The translations under genes were made by a program, and so were the position numbers. A stretch of DNA of 64,000 nucleotides from a bacterium. Lineage in GTDB: Bacteria > SAR324 > XYD2-FULL-50-16 > G965216635. The stretch is taken from NCBI GenBank assembly GCA_965216635.1, contig OZ244188.1, positions 736,001 through 800,000 of the forward strand. Direction: 5' to 3'. Positions 57,314-64,000 of this stretch are shown here, in pieces. A model generated the notes under the pieces. The model was not told the DNA's origin. It made no database searches and saw only the letters and a list, made by a program, of their open reading frames with translations. The first letter of the stretch is position 1, and every line of letters starts with the position of its first letter.

Positions 57314-58895
57314 GCAAACTATTCGGCAAACTATCCGAAAAACTATTGCATACTGGGCAAAAAAAAAACCTCAAACAGTGGCTATCTGTTGTCCTGATAG
57401 TAGGTGCCAATACGACTATTTAACCTTAGATAATATTCTTCAAAAATATCATACTTTTTTTAATCATTTCAACATCAAGCCCAAATCTAAAAATGAAAAG
57501 GGAGATGTTTTTGTTGCTGCTTTTCCCAATAGCAAAGCACTTTTAGAATTAGTATTAGGAGCCTATTATAACCACCGCACCGTTACTGCTCTCAATCTAG
57601 TAGCTGGAAAAAAAAATATTTACTACATACTCCATCACTGCAAACCCAAAGCAATTTTTGCTAATCCAGAGCAAACCAAAAATTTAAAAGAAATTTTAGT
57701 AGATACTACTTTGAATTGCCCCATTATAGAACTCAATGAAAATTTTAGTCCGCTAGATTTTTTAGAAACCAAACAAAAAGACAGCCAAGAAAAAAAAGAA
57801 AATAATTTTGATAAAAATACTAGTCCAGAAGATATTGCCTTATTAATGTATACCAGTGGTACTACTGGCAATCCTAAAGGAGTAGCTTTAAGTCATAAAA
57901 ATCTGTTAGCTGGAGGAAGGAATACTACTTTAGCCCACGAACTGGCGACAGATGATGTAGGTTTGTGTGTTCTACCGCTTTATCATATCAACGCCCAGTG
58001 CGTTAGTCTTATGTCTAGTTTGGTGACAGGTTCTACTTTGGTTTTAATGAATCGCTTTAGTGTGCAAACATTTTTTCCCACTATAAAAAACAAAAAAATC
58101 ACTTGGGCTAGTGTTGTCCCTACGATGTTATCTTATCTTCTATCAGCGATGGAAAAAGAAAAATCTATTGCTTGGAAAAAATCTGATATTCAAAGTTTAA
58201 AATTTATTCGTTCCGCCTCTGCGCCTTTGCCTGTAGAAATTCACCAATCTTTTGAAAAATTGTTAAACATTCCCATCATTGAAACTATGGGAATTACCGA
58301 AACTTCAGCCCAAATTTTAGCAAACCCTAGACCTCCAAAAAATAGAAAAATCGGTAGCGTAGGTTTAGCCTTTGGCAATCAAGTGCAAATTGTGGATAAA
58401 AATAAAAAAACACTACCAGTCAAAAAAGAGGGAGAAATTTGTGTGCGTGGGGATAATGTAATGCAGGGTTATTATTTAAATGAGGTAGAAACCAAAAAAT
58501 CTATCCTAAAAGACGGATGGTTTTTGAGTGGAGATTTAGGTATAATGGATGAAGAGGGTTATGTTTTTGTATCAGGACGCAAAAAAGAACTTATTATAAA
58601 AGGAGGAGAAAATATTTCTCCTAGAGAATTGGACGAAATTCTTTATAGCCATTCTTCGGTTATTGAAGCCGCAGTTTTTGGAAGAAAAGATAAACACTAC
58701 GGACAGGTTGTAGAAGCTTGTATTGTAACAGAGCCCACCGTAAAAATCAGCGAAGCCGAGTTAATAAATCTATGCGTTCAACAGGCGGGAACATTCAAAA
58801 GCCCAGAAAAAATTCATTTTATGAAAGAACTCCCAAAAGGACCCTCGGGAAAGATTCAAAGACTTAAACTAGAGTCTTTACTTTACCCTGAATAA
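57261..58895 (+). CDS. sauT: AMP-forming acyl-CoA ligase, probable sulfoacetate--CoA ligase (start may be 57306)
   Basis: YTSGTTGNPKG, ETMGITE, GDLG, GPSGK; directly after the sauS-like gene. Confidence 0.7.
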   Translation: MSQQWNLFWETIFKGMGKQTIRQTIRKTIAYWAKKKPQTVAICCPDSRCQYDYLTLDNILQKYHTFFNHFNIKPKSKNEKGDVFVAAFPNSKALLELVLGAYYNHRTVTALNLVAGKKNIYYILHHCKPKAIFANPEQTKNLKEILVDTTLNCPIIELNENFSPLDFLETKQKDSQEKKENNFDKNTSPEDIALLMYTSGTTGNPKGVALSHKNLLAGGRNTTLAHELATDDVGLCVLPLYHINAQCVSLMSSLVTGSTLVLMNRFSVQTFFPTIKNKKITWASVVPTMLSYLLSAMEKEKSIAWKKSDIQSLKFIRSASAPLPVEIHQSFEKLLNIPIIETMGITETSAQILANPRPPKNRKIGSVGLAFGNQVQIVDKNKKTLPVKKEGEICVRGDNVMQGYYLNEVETKKSILKDGWFLSGDLGIMDEEGYVFVSGRKKELIIKGGENISPRELDEILYSHSSVIEAAVFGRKDKHYGQVVEACIVTEPTVKISEAELINLCVQQAGTFKSPEKIHFMKELPKGPSGKIQRLKLESLLYPE

Positions 58896-58925
58896 AATCA
58901 ATTACTATAGCCCATCCCTATTTCA

Positions 58926-58972
58926 AGCAATAAGCTTGTTTTGGCTAAACAGAATGCAAATTCAAAAATCTA
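58926..58972. mobile_element. Partial MITE (one end only)
   Basis: Reverse complement of the first ~47 nt of copy 2. Confidence 0.7.
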
Positions 58973-58982
58973 TAAAAGTTTC

Positions 58983-59156
58983 TCAAGATTTTTTATCTAA
59001 GGTTTCAATTCTTGTCTGATCTTCATCTTCTAAAGCAAGAGAGCAGAATTTTTGTGGATCGTCAAACTGTCCGCTAAGAATAGACCATAAAAACGCCACT
59101 AGCCCGCAAAACCCAAGTAGGATGGAAATCAGTATCATTAGAGGTAAAATTTTCAT
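58983..59156 (-). CDS. ccoS: cbb3-type cytochrome oxidase assembly protein CcoS
   Basis: 57 aa, not in ORF track: MKILPLMILISILLG...FLWSILSGQFDD. Confidence 0.85.
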   Translation of the reverse strand: MKILPLMILISILLGFCGLVAFLWSILSGQFDDPQKFCSLALEDEDQTRIETLDKKS

Positions 59157-61405
59157 TACTTTTCTTTATCTTGAGGGCTCTGAAAATGCAAAAATGAATT
59201 CCCCACCACTAACAATGAAGAAAGAGACATAGAAAGAGCGGCTACTAATGGAATGACTAAGCCTAGTATAGCAAGAGGAATAGCAATAAAATTATAGATA
59301 ATGGAAAGGATAATATTTTGACGGACAAGTTTTAAGGTAGAATTAGAAATTTTAAACAAAGATAATAAACAATTCAAATCTGGTGTTAAAAGAATAATAT
59401 CTGCAACTTTTAGTGTAGCATCTGTCCCAGAAGTTAAAGTAAGACCTAAATCTGCTTGCGCTAAAGCAGGGGCATCGTTCCAACCATCTCCAAGCATTAA
59501 AACCAATTTTCCTTTAGATTGCAGTCTCTGGATAAAATTTAATTTATTTTTTGGGCTTTGCTGAAACAAAACTTTATCTTCTGCTATGCCTAGTTGAGAG
59601 GCAAATTTTAAGGAAGGCTTTTTTCTATCTCCAGAACACATATAAATATCCATTCCTTTCTTTTTTAAGGTTGTGATTAACGACTCTGCTCCTTCTCTGA
59701 TAGAATCTTCTAAAAAATAAAGTGCAACAACTGTAGTATCTACTGCAAACAAAAAAACGCTTGCTTCTTTATGTTTCTGGATGATATTCTGCCATTTTTT
59801 AGTTATTTTCACCTTGTTTTCCAACATAAAATCCAAATTTCCTCCTAAAATTTTTTTTTTAACTTTATTTTTAGTTTGATAATAAGCTCGCAGTCCTTTA
59901 CCGATTACTTCTTTGGGAGAATCCAGTTTAACTTGGAGTATAGATTTATTTTTTTTTTCAAAGTAATTTTTTAAGGCACAAGATACTGGGTGAATAGAAT
60001 TACAAACTAGAGAATAAAAAGCTACTTTAGGAATTGAAAGCTCCGTTGTATGTAATTCTTGCGTAATTTTAGGTTTTCCTTGTGTCAATGAACCTGTTTT
60101 ATCAAAAACCACAGTATTAATTTTGCCTATTTTCTCAAAATTAAGTGCTGATTTAAAAATAGCCTTAGATTTTGCTATTTTTGCTAAGCCCACCTGAAAA
60201 GCGAGAGGGGTTGCTATAACTAAAGCGCAAGGGCAGGAAATAATAAATACGCTTAAAGCAATCAAAGTAGTTTGTTCTAAACTTTGTGATAATACAAAAT
60301 ACCAAACTAAAAAGGTGAATATAGAAATAAGTGCAATAATATTTGTAAAATGTCTGCCAAAAAAATCAATTTTTTCTTGAAAATTTGTCTTTTTCTGCAA
60401 GGCTTTTTCCAGCAATTTTAAAATTTTATTCATTGTAGATTCTTCACAACTTTGAGTGACCTTATAACAAAAAGCAGTTCCTTGATTATAACTTCCCGAA
60501 TAAAGATGGCTTTGTTTCTTTTTCATTACTGGTATGAATTCTCCTGTAATGGCAGATTCATCTAAACTCGCTTGTTCGTCTAATAAATAGCCATCAGCAG
60601 GCACTTTTTCTGCAGGCAACACTTCTAATTGCATTCCTTTTTGAATTTGATAAGCTGGAATTGTTTCTCTTTTGTTTTTTTTGATTAACCTACCAAATAA
60701 AGGAATATCCCAAGCTAAAAGACTAGAAATATCACTCATTTTTTTTAACGAGGTTTGTTCCAATAACTTACTACCTAAAATAAAAGTAATAAACATAGCC
60801 GAAGACTCAAAATAAGTAATTTTATTACCAAATAACAGATTATAAAGGCTATAAGCGAACATCAATAAAGCACTAAAAGCAATTTGAAAATCCATACCTA
60901 TTTTTATCCGTTTCAGGCTAACCCAAGAATTTCTAAAAAAAGGATAGCCACTATAAAGCAAAACAGGTAAAGTAAGTAGCATAGAAAAATATTGTAGCTG
61001 TCTTTCTAAATTAGGATTAATTTTTCCAAAATATCCTAACCACAAAGCAATAGAAATCAGCATAACGTTGGAAGTGCAAAAGGCTGCAACAATAAATCTC
61101 TGCAGTTGATGTTTCCATTCTAGCTGTATTTTTTGTTCTAGTTTAGAAGGATGATAAGGTATAGCTTGAAATCCATTTTTTTCAATGGCTGAAATGATGC
61201 TATCTAATTTTAAATTTTTATCACTCCACTGTATTGTTGCTTTTTTCTCAGAAAGATTAATGGATAAATCTTGGATGGCTGTGAAATTTTCTAAACAAGC
61301 TTCAATTTTGCGAACACAACCTAGGCAGTGTATTCCTTTGAGATAAAGTTGAGCCGATAATAAATTATTTTCTCGGTAGACATACTCTGCATAAAGGTTG
61401 GACAT
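59156..61405 (-). CDS. ccoI: Cu-translocating P1B-type ATPase CcoI/FixI
   Basis: CLGC HMA domain, CPC, DKTG, GDGWND; lies between ccoH and ccoS. Confidence 0.88.
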   Translation of the reverse strand: MSNLYAEYVYRENNLLSAQLYLKGIHCLGCVRKIEACLENFTAIQDLSINLSEKKATIQWSDKNLKLDSIISAIEKNGFQAIPYHPSKLEQKIQLEWKHQLQRFIVAAFCTSNVMLISIALWLGYFGKINPNLERQLQYFSMLLTLPVLLYSGYPFFRNSWVSLKRIKIGMDFQIAFSALLMFAYSLYNLLFGNKITYFESSAMFITFILGSKLLEQTSLKKMSDISSLLAWDIPLFGRLIKKNKRETIPAYQIQKGMQLEVLPAEKVPADGYLLDEQASLDESAITGEFIPVMKKKQSHLYSGSYNQGTAFCYKVTQSCEESTMNKILKLLEKALQKKTNFQEKIDFFGRHFTNIIALISIFTFLVWYFVLSQSLEQTTLIALSVFIISCPCALVIATPLAFQVGLAKIAKSKAIFKSALNFEKIGKINTVVFDKTGSLTQGKPKITQELHTTELSIPKVAFYSLVCNSIHPVSCALKNYFEKKNKSILQVKLDSPKEVIGKGLRAYYQTKNKVKKKILGGNLDFMLENKVKITKKWQNIIQKHKEASVFLFAVDTTVVALYFLEDSIREGAESLITTLKKKGMDIYMCSGDRKKPSLKFASQLGIAEDKVLFQQSPKNKLNFIQRLQSKGKLVLMLGDGWNDAPALAQADLGLTLTSGTDATLKVADIILLTPDLNCLLSLFKISNSTLKLVRQNIILSIIYNFIAIPLAILGLVIPLVAALSMSLSSLLVVGNSFLHFQSPQDKEK

Positions 61406-61441
61406 TAGAGAGTTTGGGGAGCAAGCAAGAAGAATATAGCT

Positions 61442-61996
61442 CTACAGTTCATAATCAAACCTACGATAAACCTTTATTGCTTGATCCTGCTGTTTTATCT
61501 CAAAATAAAGGTGTATTTGCCATCTTCCTATAGAATCTAACTCAAATGTAGGGGAAACAAATAAAACAGCTTGTCCGTCAATATTTTTTTTGCTGAAATT
61601 TTCCAAATGAATAGTACCCTTTCCGCTTGCTGGTCTAGTAATTTGTGCTTTTACTTTCGTTTGGAAAGGTGTTTTATTTTTGGAATTTAGTTTTAATTGA
61701 ATTTGGTTGTGACCAATTTTTAAAAGAGTGGGCGGAGTTAGGGAAAAATTTTTGATAAATTCTTCTTCCATAGATTCAATAGTTTTATAATTACTTTTGA
61801 CATACTCATAATTGCTATCAAAGTAAGGGTCTATAGAAATAGGATTCGTAACCGCTACATAGATGGTGGATGCTAAAGATAAAAAAATAATCACAAAAAG
61901 ACCTATTATAATCGTGGGCCAATAGTTCCAACTTTTTGTTGTCATTTTATCTTTTAAGAAAAGTATCGGGAAATTTTTTGCGAGGCTATCACTCAA
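61442..61996 (-). CDS. ccoH: FixH/CcoH family protein
   Basis: YWP..I TM segment, ITRP, GRWQ; cbb3 context. Confidence 0.7.
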   Translation of the reverse strand: MSDSLAKNFPILFLKDKMTTKSWNYWPTIIIGLFVIIFLSLASTIYVAVTNPISIDPYFDSNYEYVKSNYKTIESMEEEFIKNFSLTPPTLLKIGHNQIQLKLNSKNKTPFQTKVKAQITRPASGKGTIHLENFSKKNIDGQAVLFVSPTFELDSIGRWQIHLYFEIKQQDQAIKVYRRFDYEL

Positions 61997-62124
61997 GGTT
62001 TTTCAAGGTATTGAGTGGCGTTTTTTTTCTGTGTAGAAACAGCTTCCGTTACCAAAAATCCCCAAATAGAGAGTAGTACGGTTATTAAAGCTAAAAAGAC
62101 AATTATGCCCTTGTATGGTTTCAT
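61993..62124 (-). CDS. 43-aa single-TM protein (DUF4006-like, cbb3-associated)
   Basis: MKPYKGIIVFLALITVLLSIWGFLVTEAVSTQKKNATQY...; overlaps the ccoP stop and ccoH start. Confidence 0.6.
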   Translation of the reverse strand: MKPYKGIIVFLALITVLLSIWGFLVTEAVSTQKKNATQYLEKP

Positions 62125-63035
62125 TGTAGTGTTCCCAGTTTTAATACATAAACTGAAAGAGCCTTATATTGCTCTTCAGAAAAAATTCTTGACTTTTGAA
62201 AAGCAGGCATCACGCCTATATTGCCAGTCTTTCCTTTTTTGATAATATTTGTGGTATATTCAGGAGTGGCATATTTTGTAAGATCAGCAGCAAAATTGGG
62301 GATATTCCCAGCAGGACCTCCTCCATTTCCAGATGCTCCATGGCATGCTAAACAATTTAAGTTGTATAAATTTTTACCAGTTTCTAGGTTTTTTTCGGTT
62401 TTTAAAGCTCCATTTTCTTGTTTTGCTGAGAGTGAAATCACATAATTTGCAATAGCTTCCATAGCTTCTGCTTTACTTTTTCCTGCTGTATTTAAACTAT
62501 TTTCTAAACCAGCCATTTCAGGCAGTAGATAACCTGATCCTTTACTGCCATTTTTAATTACATAGATAACATGCTCCTTTTTACCAAACTCTACCAGATT
62601 AGCAGCCAAACCTTGATTGCCATCACCTCCTTTTCCATGACATATCACACACTGTGTGTTAAAAAGATTTTCACCAGTTTCTATTAAATGACTATCATTA
62701 GCAGTTTTTAAATTCTCTCCGTATTTTTGCGAAAATAGATCTACTTCGTGGTTGTATTGTTTTGTTTGTGAAAATTTTAAAATAGGAAATCCAAAGAACA
62801 CATACCAAAAGACAAACAAGAATGTAAAATACCTGATTCCTATGAGAAAAAACGGAGTTTTATTCCAAGCCTCGCGAATACCATCAAAATTAAATTTTGC
62901 ATTCTTATCGTCTTCGCCTCTTCTAGTTAGCGTAGTCCTATATACAAAAATTAAAAATCCTACATTATAAATTAAAAACAACCCAAAAAGCACAAGGGCT
63001 ATTTTTAAATCTAGGTTGATTATATTTTCAAACAT
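62121..63035 (-). CDS. ccoP: cbb3-type cytochrome c oxidase subunit III (di-heme)
   Basis: FDGIRE..N.TP motif; CVICH and CLACH; G.IG.MPAF. Confidence 0.85.
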   Translation of the reverse strand: MFENIINLDLKIALVLFGLFLIYNVGFLIFVYRTTLTRRGEDDKNAKFNFDGIREAWNKTPFFLIGIRYFTFLFVFWYVFFGFPILKFSQTKQYNHEVDLFSQKYGENLKTANDSHLIETGENLFNTQCVICHGKGGDGNQGLAANLVEFGKKEHVIYVIKNGSKGSGYLLPEMAGLENSLNTAGKSKAEAMEAIANYVISLSAKQENGALKTEKNLETGKNLYNLNCLACHGASGNGGGPAGNIPNFAADLTKYATPEYTTNIIKKGKTGNIGVMPAFQKSRIFSEEQYKALSVYVLKLGTLQ

Positions 63036-63087
63036 TATTACTTTAAGGAAATATTTATCTAAGTTTCCAAAAGGAAAAAACTTTGTT

Positions 63088-63477
63088 TCATTTATGAGAT
63101 TTATGACTTTTATCTAACCACACTAAATAAAATATGTCATTATTAAAAAAACCATGAATTTTTGCTTGTTGTGTAACATTAAGCCTATAGAATTTCACCC
63201 CTTTAAATTTAGCATCGCTTGAATCTACTTGATGGCTATGACCAAAATTTTTTTTGCATTGTTCTGTGGTTCTTTGATTAACCTTACTTATAAAATTACT
63301 AAAACTAGCAAGTAATGATTTATCAGCCCATTCTGAAAAACATTGTTTGTTTTTATTGTAATGCTTTAAACTTATAGAAACTTTGTTGTCTGTGACAAAA
63401 GTATTTCTTTCTAATATCTTACTTTTATCTTTAGATTTAAAGATGATTTTTTTCTTTTTTTTCGAGTCTTTGCCCAT
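63088..63477 (-). CDS. Candidate RNase-type toxin (RelE-like fold)
   Basis: C-terminal FYRLNV...KIHGF...IFYLVWLD..H; overlaps the upstream Panacea gene. Confidence 0.55.
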   Translation of the reverse strand: MGKDSKKKKKIIFKSKDKSKILERNTFVTDNKVSISLKHYNKNKQCFSEWADKSLLASFSNFISKVNQRTTEQCKKNFGHSHQVDSSDAKFKGVKFYRLNVTQQAKIHGFFNNDIFYLVWLDKSHKSHK

Positions 63478-63925
63478 AAAATTTTTTCATTGTTTGAATG
63501 TCAATTTCTTCATCACAGCTTAGCTCTGGAGAGATGCCTTTTCTAGCTTGTACCCAAGGATCTTCTTTATGAGTCATTTCTTCTAATTCTTTTGCTCTGT
63601 ATCCTCCGTAATGTCTATAAACGCTTTCAAGATAATCTTTTGTATCTTTATCAAAAGAAGAATCTAAATTTTCTACTGGTAAATTTTCCCACTTTTTATT
63701 TTTATATTTCTGATAAACTTCTTCTACAACGGGTCCATGAACCCAAGCTAATATTTTTTCTTCAAATAATGGTTTATCATAATAAACTAAATACCAAGAT
63801 TGTGCGTAGTAAAGCAATTTTTGAAGTTTTAAAGGCGTAATATATTCTCCATAATCTTCGTCTTTATGAACTCGGTTAATAAACCACGTTGCGATTTCAA
63901 AAGCAGTAATTTTTTTCTTTTCCAT
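63437..63925 (-). CDS. Panacea-domain (DUF4065/SocA-like) antitoxin
   Basis: ITPLKLQKLLYYAQ, PLFEE.I.AW.HGPVV, LEEMTH.E.PW. Confidence 0.92.
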   Translation of the reverse strand: MEKKKITAFEIATWFINRVHKDEDYGEYITPLKLQKLLYYAQSWYLVYYDKPLFEEKILAWVHGPVVEEVYQKYKNKKWENLPVENLDSSFDKDTKDYLESVYRHYGGYRAKELEEMTHKEDPWVQARKGISPELSCDEEIDIQTMKKFYGQRLEKKEKNHL

Positions 63926-64000
63926 TTTTTTATTCTGTTATTTTGAATCTTTATGAATTAGCGTTTTTTCTTATTCACCTCCAAAGGCTTATCCAAAAAA

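Overview
AT-rich bacterial chromosome segment (standard genetic code; no integrase, transposase, rRNA or CRISPR array seen). The housekeeping backbone includes nrdA, tsaB, a surA-like gene, secG, argJ, comEC, alr, gatA, pheS, nnr and tRNA-Pro/Cys/Gly. Accessory content: (1) a ~9 kb defence island (5.4-14.3 kb) at the nrdA 3' end, which is itself duplicated around a 2.1 kb R-M remnant. The island also carries an EcoRI-family MTase / DUF262-HNH / membrane-protein operon and a PHP-ATPase (Ppl/TrlF-like) + AlbA_2(Schlafen)-HATPase pair. (2) An abundant, modular family of MITE-like palindromic elements (11 full + 1 partial copy, termini TAGACYTTTGAATTTGC), with covarying internal hairpins and outward-facing -35 boxes; one inverted pair brackets cargo inside a split trpCF/trpBA operon. 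(3) Two Panacea-antitoxin modules with unrelated partners. (4) A broken NYN RNase gene next to two tandem 53-nt hairpin repeats with a convergent promoter. (5) Apparently acquired metabolic blocks: trp, cbb3 maturation, sulfoacetate uptake/activation, NAD-dependent formate dehydrogenase and a GT7 galactosyltransferase. All calls come from reading motifs by eye; no database searches were run.
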